Notes under the pieces: generated by a model | Database searches by the model: none | What the model saw: only the letters and a program-made list of their open reading frames with translations | What the model was told of the DNA's origin: nothing | Program-made: the position numbers and the translations under genes | Assembly: GCF_965227465.1 (NCBI RefSeq) | Contig: NZ_OZ245746.1 | Coordinates: 1,658,365 to 1,722,364 of the forward strand | Length of the DNA stretch: 64,000 bases | Direction of reading: 5' to 3' | Source of the DNA: Ekhidna sp. | GTDB taxonomy: Bacteria > Bacteroidota > Bacteroidia > Cytophagales > Cyclobacteriaceae | Shown here: positions 36,939 through 47,242 of the stretch, piece after piece | How the letters are laid out: the number at the start of each line of letters is the position of its first letter | How positions within the stretch are numbered: position 1 is the stretch's first letter

Positions 36939-37961
36939 ATGGCAGCTGAATATTCCCAAATTATAAAGGACATTAGCAATAACTCATATGCTCCTGTATA
37001 CTTTTTGCAAGGCGAAGAAGCATTTTTTATTGATAATATAATTGATAAAATTGAAAATAACGCTTTAGATGAAAGCCAAAAAAGCTTCAATCAGGTGGTA
37101 CTCTATGGCAAAGATACCTCTCTTGCGGATGTAATTGGAATAGCCAGGAAATACCCAATGATGGGTGAACGTCAGGTTGTGATTGTAAAAGAGGCACAGG
37201 AGATTCGTGAGTGGACCAAAGAGGATAAACAAAGTCTTGTTATCAACTACCTACAAAATCCTTTATCAAGTACGATTCTCGTTTTTGGTTACAAATACAA
37301 AACGGTTGACAAAAGGACAAAGTTTGGTAAGGCTATAGAGAAGAACTCTGTTTTCCTCAATGCGAAAAAACTATACGATAACCAGGTTCCAGATTGGATA
37401 AGAAACTATGTAGCGTCAAAGGGTGTCAACATGCATGATGGAGCGATTATGATGTTGTCAGAGAATATCGGTAATAATCTCCAGCGACTAGCAAATGAAA
37501 TTGAAAAGCTGCTGCTGAATGTGAAAGAGGGGCAGCAGATCGATGCGGCAATGGTTCAAAAGTATGTTGGCATCAGTAAGGATTACAACATTTTTGAAAT
37601 GCAAAAAGCCTTAGGCTCAATGAATAAATTGAAGGCACATAAAATAGCTGATTACTTCGCTTCAAATCCAAGCAATAACCCAATGGTTCTGACCATTTAC
37701 AGTCTTTTTTCTTATTTCAGTAAGCTCCTGCTGATACATCATTCAGACAATAAAAATGAAAAAGCCATTGCTTCAGTTATCGGGGTAAATCCTTTTTTCG
37801 TTAAAGAATATTTGCAAGCTGCCAGGAATTATCCTCTAGGTAAAGTCGTTCAAAACATCAAATTTCTTCATGAAGCCGACATGCAATCAAAAGGGATTGG
37901 TTTTGCTACTAAAAAAGAAGGACCTGTTTTAACAGAGTTGGTTTATAAATTGATGAATTGA
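36939..37961 (+). CDS. holA: DNA polymerase III delta subunit
   Basis: PVYFLQGEE.FFID, FNQVVLYGKD, YPMMGERQVVIVKEAQ, G.NLQRLANEIEKL and GISKDYNIFE. Confidence 0.93.
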   Translation: MAAEYSQIIKDISNNSYAPVYFLQGEEAFFIDNIIDKIENNALDESQKSFNQVVLYGKDTSLADVIGIARKYPMMGERQVVIVKEAQEIREWTKEDKQSLVINYLQNPLSSTILVFGYKYKTVDKRTKFGKAIEKNSVFLNAKKLYDNQVPDWIRNYVASKGVNMHDGAIMMLSENIGNNLQRLANEIEKLLLNVKEGQQIDAAMVQKYVGISKDYNIFEMQKALGSMNKLKAHKIADYFASNPSNNPMVLTIYSLFSYFSKLLLIHHSDNKNEKAIASVIGVNPFFVKEYLQAARNYPLGKVVQNIKFLHEADMQSKGIGFATKKEGPVLTELVYKLMN

Positions 37962-40942
37962 TACAATTTCCACAAGAAAGTTCGTTCAACCTGATGGTTA
38001 AAAACAAGACAGTATTGAGACTACCGATTTTTTTTGCTTGTGTATTTGCTATTCTTTTCACTTCCGCCCAAAATGCATTGTCTATATCAGATTACCATGC
38101 ATTAAGTGCATTTGAAAAATTCCAGCAACAACAATATCAATTGGTAATCAGTGATCTTCAAAGCGAGCCAACACGCTCAAGTGACGAAGAAATACTTTTT
38201 TTATTGAGCCAATTAAAGATCGGTACAAATAACTCAGTAGACATAGAACGCTGGATTAGTTCTAACCCTAAACATCCAATTAAACAATTAGCAACATTTC
38301 ACATAGGCGAATACTTCTTTTATGAGAAGGATTCATTGAAGGCCAAAAAATACCTCAAGACCACCTCAGCATCTGACTTGACACTGAGGGATCAAGCAAA
38401 CTACAACTTCATTTATGGCCTAATTCAACTTGAAGAAAAAAACTACACTAAAGCCAAAAGTTTATTTGCATCCTCCGGAAGGCTTGGGTTTAACAATCAG
38501 ATAAAGCTTAACTATTATGAAGCTTATGCCGACTATCATTTAGGCCATACTCAAGATGCACTTGAAGGATTCAAAAAAGTAGAAGGAGACAATAAGACAT
38601 CTGCTAATTTCTTTATCGCAAAGATTTTACTAGATGAGGGTGAGATAGATCAGGTGATCGAATTAAGTCGTAATGAAATTTCAGATGAAGCATCCATCAC
38701 TAACTCAGGATTTTATCAACTAATAGGAGAGGCTTATGCATCAAAAAGTGACGTGCCGAAAGCAGATGCATACTTCCAAAAAGCCCTTGAACTTCATCCA
38801 TCTCGTCCTTCAGCGGCATTGTACTATCAAGCTGGAGTAGCAAAATTTAGGGTTGGGAATGAGGCCAAAGCAATTGACCTTTTGACCAAGTCAGGTATTC
38901 AGGGCGGAGCATATGCTCAGCTGAGCGCATTTCAACTTGGAAGATTGTATGTGAAGAAAAAGGATTTTGAAAAGGCGCTTTCTGCCTATATAGAAGCATC
39001 CATTTCGAGAGAACGAGAAATAAAAGAAGAATCCATCTATCAGGCGGCTAAAATCAATGCTGAGTTGGGTAATTATTCTGAATCAATCAATTATGCAAAT
39101 GATTATACCCGGATTTATCCTTATGGTCAATGGGCTGAAGAAATGCAAAACCTAATTGCGCAATCTTATTTACGGACATCAAACTATGATTTAGCCATCG
39201 ATCATTTGAATAAGATAGGTGTTAAAAATGCAACTCAACAATCTGTGTATCAAAAAGTAACTTTTCAAAAAGCGATGCTGGTTTTTAATGATGGTGAATT
39301 CATGGAGTCGAAGAGGTGGTTTCAGGAAAGTTTGAAATATGCGCTTGACGCTGACCTGGTTGATCACTCAAATTATCACCTGGCAGAAATAGCCATAAGA
39401 AATAATGAATTTGAAAACGCAATCGGGCTTTATAAAAAGCAATCACAAATCAATGCACTTTCTCACTACGGTCTGGGGTACGCCTATTTCAATAAGCAGG
39501 AGTATAAGTCTGCGGTTATTCATTTTAGAAGTGCCACGTCAGCCAATGACAACAAAGTCCGGCTAGATGCAAAGGTTAGGCTGGCAGATTGTCTTTTTGC
39601 AACAAAATCATATGAAGAGGCTTTGGATAATTACAATCAAGTCTCCAGACAACTTAGCTCTCCATATATCAATTATCAGAAAGCACTCACGTTAAAGAAT
39701 CTAAACAAGGCGGGCGAGGCGCTTCGAATCTTCAGTCAAATTTTCGAATCTGACCGATATGGGGCACAAGCACTCTATCAATCCGGAATGATTCACTTTG
39801 AAGCGGCAAATTTTACTGAAGCTGAGCCATTATTTACGCGAGTAATTAGTAAGTTTTCAAATCATCCAAGTGCAATCGAATCACGATTGAATCGGGGAAT
39901 ATCAAGAAAGAACTTGCAAAAGTTTGAAAAATCAAGGGAGGATTATGAATTCATCCTTCAAAACCACATCCAGTCAGATGCGGCACTAAATGCCATTCTA
40001 GGCCTGCAAGAACTTCAGCAGGCAGGCATTCAGGTAAGTAATCTGGATAAATACATTGCGGATTATAAACGAACGCATCCGGAAAATGGGAGTTTGGAAC
40101 TAATAGAGTTCGAAGCTGCGAAGCGACTATACTTTAGTTTCTCGTATAGGCAAGCCTCAGAGGCTTTTGACAAATTCCTGAATGATTATCCAAATAGTAG
40201 CAGTCGTATTGAGGCAAAGTATTATTTAGGCGATTCCTACTATCGATTAGGCGAACTGGAAAAGGCTAACACTGCTTTTGAAGAACTCAAATTTGTAAAA
40301 AACATCTATTCTGGTCGTGTGCTTAATCGATTAGGCGAAATAAACAGCGCATTAGGTAACACCAAAAAATCTGAAGAGGCGTATTTGCTTTTAGCAGATT
40401 TAAATCTAACTCCCAAGGATAATTACAATGCAAGTCAAGGACTTATGCAGCTTTATTTTCAAAATCAATTAAATAATAAAGCCATAGTGGCTGCTGATCA
40501 AATCCTTTCCGCAGACTGGAAGCCAATAAATGGCGATCAGGAGGCTAACCTAATTAAGGCAAGAAGTCAGCAAAATCTAGGTAATGACGAGATTGCCATT
40601 AAGATCTTTGAAAACCTCTCTGCTAACAAAGATGTATATGGAGCTGAAGCCAATTATCAGATAGGTAAGTATGCATACATAAATGGCAATTATGATAAGT
40701 CACTAGATATACTATTTGACTTAAATGAGAAATATGGGAGCTATGCAGAGTGGGTGGATAAATCTTATCTGCTTATTGCTAAGAATTACCTGGCAAAAGA
40801 AGAAACATTTCAAGCTAAGGCCACTTTAAGATCTATTATACAACATTCTAATAATCAAGAAGTTGTGATTGAATCTCAAAACATTTTGAAACAAATAGAA
40901 ACTAGCATTACTATTCAAGACTCGACCAAAAATGATGACTAA
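37958..40942 (+). CDS. Large secreted TPR-repeat protein (likely start 37994)
   Basis: Signal peptide after MVKNK; many TPR units (YY.AYA.Y, YQKALTL, YYLGDSYY). Confidence 0.88.
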   Translation: MIQFPQESSFNLMVKNKTVLRLPIFFACVFAILFTSAQNALSISDYHALSAFEKFQQQQYQLVISDLQSEPTRSSDEEILFLLSQLKIGTNNSVDIERWISSNPKHPIKQLATFHIGEYFFYEKDSLKAKKYLKTTSASDLTLRDQANYNFIYGLIQLEEKNYTKAKSLFASSGRLGFNNQIKLNYYEAYADYHLGHTQDALEGFKKVEGDNKTSANFFIAKILLDEGEIDQVIELSRNEISDEASITNSGFYQLIGEAYASKSDVPKADAYFQKALELHPSRPSAALYYQAGVAKFRVGNEAKAIDLLTKSGIQGGAYAQLSAFQLGRLYVKKKDFEKALSAYIEASISREREIKEESIYQAAKINAELGNYSESINYANDYTRIYPYGQWAEEMQNLIAQSYLRTSNYDLAIDHLNKIGVKNATQQSVYQKVTFQKAMLVFNDGEFMESKRWFQESLKYALDADLVDHSNYHLAEIAIRNNEFENAIGLYKKQSQINALSHYGLGYAYFNKQEYKSAVIHFRSATSANDNKVRLDAKVRLADCLFATKSYEEALDNYNQVSRQLSSPYINYQKALTLKNLNKAGEALRIFSQIFESDRYGAQALYQSGMIHFEAANFTEAEPLFTRVISKFSNHPSAIESRLNRGISRKNLQKFEKSREDYEFILQNHIQSDAALNAILGLQELQQAGIQVSNLDKYIADYKRTHPENGSLELIEFEAAKRLYFSFSYRQASEAFDKFLNDYPNSSSRIEAKYYLGDSYYRLGELEKANTAFEELKFVKNIYSGRVLNRLGEINSALGNTKKSEEAYLLLADLNLTPKDNYNASQGLMQLYFQNQLNNKAIVAADQILSADWKPINGDQEANLIKARSQQNLGNDEIAIKIFENLSANKDVYGAEANYQIGKYAYINGNYDKSLDILFDLNEKYGSYAEWVDKSYLLIAKNYLAKEETFQAKATLRSIIQHSNNQEVVIESQNILKQIETSITIQDSTKNDD

Positions 40943-42599
40943 TACAAAGTTCATATGGTTTTTTGTCTTCTGCCTTATGACCATGCAGTTGTGGGGTCAA
41001 AGTGATACTACTAAGACACAAGGAGAGGTGCTATCTGGGGAAATTGTCATCGAGAAGGATAAAAAGATTACACTGCCTCAAGCAGATAAAATCTATTTAA
41101 GAAGCAATCCGACCTCTTTATCAAATGATCCTTTAAATCAAATATTCAAGGTCTTTGAGCCATCGATGGTTTGGCCGGAATACAAATCTGATGTTCCTTT
41201 TCAGAAGTTTAATGAACAATATCCCTTAGGTGAGTATCAGAATTATGTCAGATTCGGGTATGGAAACTATAAATCCTGGCTTTTAGAGAGTGGTATATTC
41301 CATTCATTCGGCGCTTGGAAAACGGGTGCTACAATAAACTATGAAACGTTTAAGACTGGTCCTGTTAATAACGAAAATAGTGGTAATTCAACAGGAAGTA
41401 TTCAAATATCCTCTAAATATCATGCAAAGTCATTGACGATTAATCCACACATTGAATATAACAGAAGCAGATTCAATTATTATGGAAACACTGATCGGAT
41501 AAATACAGGATTCAATCCAAATGCGGTCGATGAAGGAGTAATGAATGAATTTAAAGTAGGTATAGGTACTTCATTTGATAAAAATGACCTTAAATGGACG
41601 TTTAAACCATCACTTTCTCAAGTTACCCATGCAATTGATCCCGGTAATGAGCAAAATAAAGAAACGTCAATTGCTGTGATTTCGGGGTTAAACTATTTGC
41701 TAAAGGATGAATTAAGTGCTGGTTTAGGAATTGATTTTTACAGCGGAAAATACGATGGAGGAATAACTTACTCACGATCCTTATTAAACCTTAAACCCTG
41801 GATAAGCTATGAGCTTAATAACCTAAATGTGAAAGCTGGTTTCACCATCTCTACTAATTCAGTGGATTCAAACACCCAAACAGGGTTCTATCCGAATGTA
41901 AACGCAGACCTTAGCCTCTCAGAAAATTGGACATTATTTGGCGTTTTATCAGGTGGTCAAAAGTGGAATTCGCTTGGAAATATACTTGAGGGGAATGAAT
42001 TCCTGGATGACTCTCTGGCAATCTTAAATATCGAAACAAATTTCAGTTTTGGTGGCGGAATAAAAGGAAAGCCATTGAGTACAGTGCTATTGGAATCTTC
42101 CATTACCTGTTCAAGTCTGAATGGATTACCCTTTTTCACACCCTCACCAGGCGATTCCACTAAATACACTTTGAGTTATGATACTGACAATATCAACCTG
42201 ACTAAGCTGAAAGCCAGCGCCTCGTACATGCCCGGGACCACAAGCCTATATCGCGCAAGTATTGAGCTTAATGCATATTCAGTTGAATCACTGGATAGGG
42301 CATGGCATCAACCCACATTCGTATTCAAAGCGTTTACGAGCCACAATATTCAGGAAAAACTGATTTTATCATCCCATTTAACAAGCATGGGAGGCATTCG
42401 CGCTCCTGCTAATGTTGATTTCGGTTATGTAAACCTTAAAGCTTTTGTTGACTTGGGAGTGGGTATTAAATATTTAATATCTCAACGTGCTTCGGCATTC
42501 ATTGACGTAAATAATTTGCTTAATAATGAATACGAACGATATTTGGGGTACCCGACCCGAGGACTCGCTTTTAAAATTGGTGCTCAGTACCGTTTCTGA
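40932..42599 (+). CDS. Outer-membrane beta-barrel, TonB-dependent-receptor-like partner of the TPR protein
   Basis: Signal peptide, NY.R.GYGNY, NLLN..YERY.GYP..G and terminal YRF. Confidence 0.75.
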   Translation: MMTNTKFIWFFVFCLMTMQLWGQSDTTKTQGEVLSGEIVIEKDKKITLPQADKIYLRSNPTSLSNDPLNQIFKVFEPSMVWPEYKSDVPFQKFNEQYPLGEYQNYVRFGYGNYKSWLLESGIFHSFGAWKTGATINYETFKTGPVNNENSGNSTGSIQISSKYHAKSLTINPHIEYNRSRFNYYGNTDRINTGFNPNAVDEGVMNEFKVGIGTSFDKNDLKWTFKPSLSQVTHAIDPGNEQNKETSIAVISGLNYLLKDELSAGLGIDFYSGKYDGGITYSRSLLNLKPWISYELNNLNVKAGFTISTNSVDSNTQTGFYPNVNADLSLSENWTLFGVLSGGQKWNSLGNILEGNEFLDDSLAILNIETNFSFGGGIKGKPLSTVLLESSITCSSLNGLPFFTPSPGDSTKYTLSYDTDNINLTKLKASASYMPGTTSLYRASIELNAYSVESLDRAWHQPTFVFKAFTSHNIQEKLILSSHLTSMGGIRAPANVDFGYVNLKAFVDLGVGIKYLISQRASAFIDVNNLLNNEYERYLGYPTRGLAFKIGAQYRF

Positions 42600-42659
42600 C
42601 ACTAATATTTCCTAATATTGAATTTTATTTTATCTTGGTTCGGTCAATAAAATATACCT

Positions 42660-43877
42660 ATGGCTACAGACGATAAGAACAACGACAAAGAACAGGACGA
42701 TTTTTTTGGTGATGACGAGGATTTCGGCCTTCCAGAGTTAGACTATGAAGCTTTGGATGACGATGATGATTCCGATCAGGTCGATGAACCAAAAAAAGAA
42801 GCCGAAGCTGAGAAAGTAGAGGAAGAATCTCCTAAAGCTGAAGCAACTGATGACGAGAGTGAAATGGATGCTGTCTTTGAAGGTGAGTCTATGGACATGG
42901 ATGAGGAAGAAATTCCTGACCAGATTAGCGATGAGGAGTTAGAGGCATCATTAGAGGGAGAAGATTTAGGTGACCTTGGTGATATGGCGGATTTAGGTGA
43001 TATGGAAGATCTTGATGATGAAGACCTTGGGGATATGGATATGGATGATATGCCTGAACCTGATGACTCTGATATAGAGGAAAAGAAAGAGGAAGAAACC
43101 GTGGAGGATTTTTATGAAGAAGAATCTTTTGATGATTTTGAAGCTTCCGATGATAGCGATGATGGAGAAGAAATCCCTGATTCAGTTTTTGATAGTGATG
43201 TTTTGGATGAGGATGAATTTGCTCAGTTTGAAAAAGAGCTAATGGATTCCGAAGAAGAACAGACAGCTGATGTTCCGAAATTTGAGTCAAGCCAAGCATC
43301 TTCATCGAGCACTGAAAGCAAATCTAAATTTGTTAAAGTGGTAGTGTTCGGAATACTGATTTTTGCGTCTTTAGGTACAGTATTCTTATTATGGTATCAA
43401 TCTAATGGAGGGGAAGAGGAGCAACCGGTAGCAGAAAAAGTGGAAAGGCCTGTTGAGAACAAACCTGTTGAGAAGCCTGCTGAAGAAGCCACAACTGAAA
43501 ATAATACAGCTTCGGAAAACCAACCGGAAACAAAACCTGCTGAAACTCAACCTAAATCTACACCGGCTGATACACGTCCGGCAGCAACGCAACCTAAGCC
43601 AGCACCTCAGTCAAATCCTGGTACAGTAAATGCTTTGAGCGCAAGAACCGGAAACTTCTATATTGTGATAGGAAGCTTCCTGGACGGTGATATGGCTGTG
43701 GATTATGCAAATGAATTAGCAGGCCAAGGAAAAAGTCCGTCCATAATTCCTCCATTTGGAAATGCTATTACGCATCGGGTAGCTATCTCTGGATATGCAT
43801 CTCTGGCAGAAGCACAACGATCTGTGAATGGATTAAAGGCTGATTATGGTCAGGATATTTGGATTCTGAAATACTAA
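42660..43877 (+). CDS. SPOR-domain protein with long acidic N-terminus and one TM
   Basis: D/E-rich first ~220 aa, TM VVVFGILIFASLGTVFLLW, Pro-rich linker and a FYIVIGSF...WIL SPOR domain. Confidence 0.85.
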   Translation: MATDDKNNDKEQDDFFGDDEDFGLPELDYEALDDDDDSDQVDEPKKEAEAEKVEEESPKAEATDDESEMDAVFEGESMDMDEEEIPDQISDEELEASLEGEDLGDLGDMADLGDMEDLDDEDLGDMDMDDMPEPDDSDIEEKKEEETVEDFYEEESFDDFEASDDSDDGEEIPDSVFDSDVLDEDEFAQFEKELMDSEEEQTADVPKFESSQASSSSTESKSKFVKVVVFGILIFASLGTVFLLWYQSNGGEEEQPVAEKVERPVENKPVEKPAEEATTENNTASENQPETKPAETQPKSTPADTRPAATQPKPAPQSNPGTVNALSARTGNFYIVIGSFLDGDMAVDYANELAGQGKSPSIIPPFGNAITHRVAISGYASLAEAQRSVNGLKADYGQDIWILKY

Positions 43878-43955
43878 AAGCACTAATCCTTTAATTAGTA
43901 CGTTCAGTCTTTCTGAATGGATTTACCATTCGTTTAAACTCATTAAGAAGAACTT

Positions 43956-44630
43956 ATGCTTGCTAGTGTTATGCAAGACCCTGTAATTGAGGGTCTGGAA
44001 TCGGAGGAGACAATCTCCTTATTAGAATTAGTCACAAACGGAGGGTATATGATGTTACCCATCCTGCTTCTGTGGATGGTAGCCATTTATATATTCGTAG
44101 AGCGCACCCGAACATTAAGTGCAGCTTCCAAAACACCAGAGTCTTTCAAAGATCAAATACGTTCTTTGGTGATATCAGGTGATATCAGTGGCGCCTTGAT
44201 GCTGTGCGGGAAAACAGACACCCCGGTTGCAAGAATGATTGAAAAGGGGGTAAACAGAATTGGCAATCCCCTTAAGAATATCGAGGTAAGCATCGAGAAT
44301 GTAGGTAAGCTTGAAATCTACCGCCTCGAGAAAAACCTGAATTTACTCGCCACCATTTCCGGTGCAGCCCCTATGATTGGGTTTTTAGGGACTGTTACAG
44401 GTATGATCCAGGCTTTTATAGCCATTGCGCAGGAAGAGGGGGCTGTAAGTCCTAAATTGCTTTCCTCGGGGATCTATGAAGCCATGATCACGACAGCTGC
44501 AGGCCTTTTTGTGGGTATTCTTGCATATCTGGGATACAATTACCTTGTTTCAAAGGTTGGGAAGGTTATCCATACCATGGAGTCTAACGTTATAGACTTT
44601 ATTGATCTTTTACAAGAACCTAAGAAGTAA
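43956..44630 (+). CDS. exbB: MotA/TolQ/ExbB proton channel
   Basis: LATISGAAPMIGFLGTVTGM and GIYEAMITTAAGL. Confidence 0.9.
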   Translation: MLASVMQDPVIEGLESEETISLLELVTNGGYMMLPILLLWMVAIYIFVERTRTLSAASKTPESFKDQIRSLVISGDISGALMLCGKTDTPVARMIEKGVNRIGNPLKNIEVSIENVGKLEIYRLEKNLNLLATISGAAPMIGFLGTVTGMIQAFIAIAQEEGAVSPKLLSSGIYEAMITTAAGLFVGILAYLGYNYLVSKVGKVIHTMESNVIDFIDLLQEPKK

Positions 44631-45019
44631 TGGATTTAAAGTCAAAACATAAGGTGAATGCAAGTTTTAGCATGTCATCCATGACGGATATCATCTTTCT
44701 GCTCTTGATATTCTTTATGCTAACTGCTTCATTCATTACACCTTCAGGACTTCCGGTTAATTTGCCTTCCTCTAAATCTTCAGAGATTGTAATGCAAAAG
44801 ATCAGCGTTACCATTACCAAAGAGTTGAGCTATTTCGTTAATAACAAGAGGGTAACCAGGAACTCACTTGAAAGTGAACTAAGAACTAGTCTGGCTGGCA
44901 AAGAAGGCATTGTAGTGCTTCACTGTGATGCTACGGTTCCGGTTGAAAGGTTAGTTGAGGTGGCTGGTATAGCTACTTCGATGAAAGCCAAGGTTTCGAT
45001 CGCTACAAAACCAGAGTGA
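44630..45019 (+). CDS. exbD: ExbD/TolR
   Basis: SMTDIIFLLLIFFML motif. Confidence 0.9.
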   Translation: MDLKSKHKVNASFSMSSMTDIIFLLLIFFMLTASFITPSGLPVNLPSSKSSEIVMQKISVTITKELSYFVNNKRVTRNSLESELRTSLAGKEGIVVLHCDATVPVERLVEVAGIATSMKAKVSIATKPE

Positions 45020-45828
45020 TGGACGAACGAGAAAAAAAAGAAGAGAAGAATAAACGAATAGGATGGTTGACATCTCTGGGTGTTCAATTGGTGCTATTAA
45101 TTCTGTTCTACTTCATTGTAGCTTGGAGAGAACCATTTCCACCTATTCCGGAATATGGTATTGAGTTAGGCTTCACAACGTCCGCCGGAGCACCGGCAAC
45201 TGCTGCTCCAGCTGAGGAAGCTCCTGAAGTGGAAGAAATCACGGAAGAAGAGATAGATGATTCTGAGAATGAAGCCACTGAAGAACAAACAGAAGCGGAG
45301 GCTCAGGAAGTGACCGAACAACCGATTCCTAAGTCGAAAGTCGAAAGCCCGGTACAAGTAGAAGAAACTAAAACTGAAGAAATTACTCCCACGGAAGAGG
45401 TAGTGGAAGAAGTCGTCGATAGCCGGGCTGTTATGACTCCCTCTGAAACTGACGCTGAAGAAACCAGTGAAAATCCTTCTGAGGGTAAGGAAGAAGAAAA
45501 AGAGCTTGATCAGCGTGCAATCTATGGCAGTCAGGGAACCAATACCGGAGATGCGGAGGGGGCCAACCTTGCGCTATCAGGCTGGGTTTGGGATTTTAAG
45601 CCTAAACCAAATGACACTTCAGATGAGTCGGGCAAAATCGTTTATAAGATTGTCGTAGATCAGGATGGCTACCTCATTAAAATTGAAACGGTCACGTCTA
45701 CTGTTTCACCATCCGTGGAAAGAAAATACAGACAGGCAGTGGAGAAGCTTACCTTCAGTAAAACAGCGGATTATAAAACTGCTCCTGTTTCAACAGGAAC
45801 CATCACGTTTATCATTAAATCTATATGA
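45016..45828 (+). CDS. TonB-like energy transducer
   Basis: N-terminal TM, E/P-rich spacer, C-terminal GKIVYKIVVDQDG domain; follows exbBD. Confidence 0.75.
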   Translation: MMDEREKKEEKNKRIGWLTSLGVQLVLLILFYFIVAWREPFPPIPEYGIELGFTTSAGAPATAAPAEEAPEVEEITEEEIDDSENEATEEQTEAEAQEVTEQPIPKSKVESPVQVEETKTEEITPTEEVVEEVVDSRAVMTPSETDAEETSENPSEGKEEEKELDQRAIYGSQGTNTGDAEGANLALSGWVWDFKPKPNDTSDESGKIVYKIVVDQDGYLIKIETVTSTVSPSVERKYRQAVEKLTFSKTADYKTAPVSTGTITFIIKSI

Positions 45829-47042
45829 CGTACAAAGAGACACTCGAGTACCTCTATACTCGATTGCCTATGTATCAACGAGTGGGAAAAAAGGCCTATA
45901 AAGCAGACCTTACAAATACCATCAAACTGATGGAACACCTGGATAACCCACATAAAAAATTTAAAAGTGTACATATCGCGGGTACCAACGGAAAAGGAAC
46001 AAGTGCTCATGGGATAGCTGCTATTTTACAAACTGCTGGATACAAAGTGGGGCTTTATACTTCACCTCACTTAAAGAAGTTCACAGAGAGAATCAAAATA
46101 AGCGGAATTGAGGTTTCTGAGGAATTTGTGATTGATTTTGTTGGCCGAATCAAATCTACAATTGAGGATATTCAACCATCATTTTTTGAGATAACAGTTG
46201 CTATGGCCTTTGATTATTTTCAAAGAGAGCAAGTGGATATAGCAGTAATTGAAACCGGGTTAGGGGGTCGACTTGACAGTACCAATGTAATCACTCCAGA
46301 GGTCTGTCTGATAACCAATATTGGTTATGATCACATGGATATATTGGGAGATACGCTTGAAAAAATAGCTGCTGAGAAAGCTGGAATTATAAAAAAACAT
46401 GTGCCGGTAGTTATTGGAGAGACACTACCTGAAACGGAACCCATATTTAAACAAATCTCAGAAAACAACGAGGCTGTTCTGATAAAAGCAGGTAAGTCAA
46501 ACATCAAACCTCAGGGAATGGTGCCTGATTACTTTTTGAAAAATCTAGGCGGGATCGAATCAGTCATTAACGAACTTATAAGATTGGGCTGGGATGTATC
46601 TTCAAACCATATATCAGCAGGAATTGAGAATATAAATGAACTAACGGGGTTGAAAGGCAGACTTCAGATTATAGAGAAAGACCCACTACTGATAGCTGAC
46701 GTCAGTCACAATGCAGATGGTTTAAATATTCTACTTAAACAAGTTGCTGACATTTGTCAAAATAACCTTCATTTGATCTTTGGAACCGTCAAAGACAAAG
46801 ATCTAAAATCAATCTTCTCGATCATTCCTAAAGATGCCAAAATCTACTGGACACAATCTAATGTGCCAAGAACGCTTCCAGTTGAAGAATTAGCGATTCA
46901 GGGAGTTATGAATGGCATTGAAGCTAAATGCTTTAAGAATGTGAATGAAGCCATTCAAGAGGCAAAAGTGCAAGCCCATCCGGATGATTTAATACTTGTA
47001 ACCGGTAGTACGTTTGTTGTGGCAGAGGTTGATGGGTTATAG
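45825..47042 (+). CDS. folC: Folylpolyglutamate synthase/dihydrofolate synthase
   Basis: HIAGTNGKGT, GLYTSPHL, ETGLGGRLDSTN, IAAEKAGIIK, D.SHN and TGSTFVV. Confidence 0.95.
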   Translation: MTYKETLEYLYTRLPMYQRVGKKAYKADLTNTIKLMEHLDNPHKKFKSVHIAGTNGKGTSAHGIAAILQTAGYKVGLYTSPHLKKFTERIKISGIEVSEEFVIDFVGRIKSTIEDIQPSFFEITVAMAFDYFQREQVDIAVIETGLGGRLDSTNVITPEVCLITNIGYDHMDILGDTLEKIAAEKAGIIKKHVPVVIGETLPETEPIFKQISENNEAVLIKAGKSNIKPQGMVPDYFLKNLGGIESVINELIRLGWDVSSNHISAGIENINELTGLKGRLQIIEKDPLLIADVSHNADGLNILLKQVADICQNNLHLIFGTVKDKDLKSIFSIIPKDAKIYWTQSNVPRTLPVEELAIQGVMNGIEAKCFKNVNEAIQEAKVQAHPDDLILVTGSTFVVAEVDGL

Positions 47043-47050
47043 GGCTGCTA

Positions 47051-47242
47051 TTAATTTACTACTCCTATATCATCTTCTATTTTTCTAAGTGAAAATTTAG
47101 AAACTCCATCTTTTAATTCCTTGGAAGTCGAATTAAGCCAATTAAACTTTTTCATATAGTTTTCCATTCCTGCGGATAGCTCATTAGCAGATGAGGAAAT
47201 TTCTTCAGATCCAGTAGCAGCTTGTTCAGCAGTTGTTTCGAC
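47051..47242 (-). pseudogene. Orphan 3' tail of a methyl-accepting chemotaxis protein gene
   Basis: Startless frame VETTAEQAATGSEEISSSANELSAGMENYMKKFNWLNSTSKELKDGVSKFSLRKIEDDIGVVN*, matching the MCP C-terminal methylation helix. Not in the ORF track. Confidence 0.7.
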
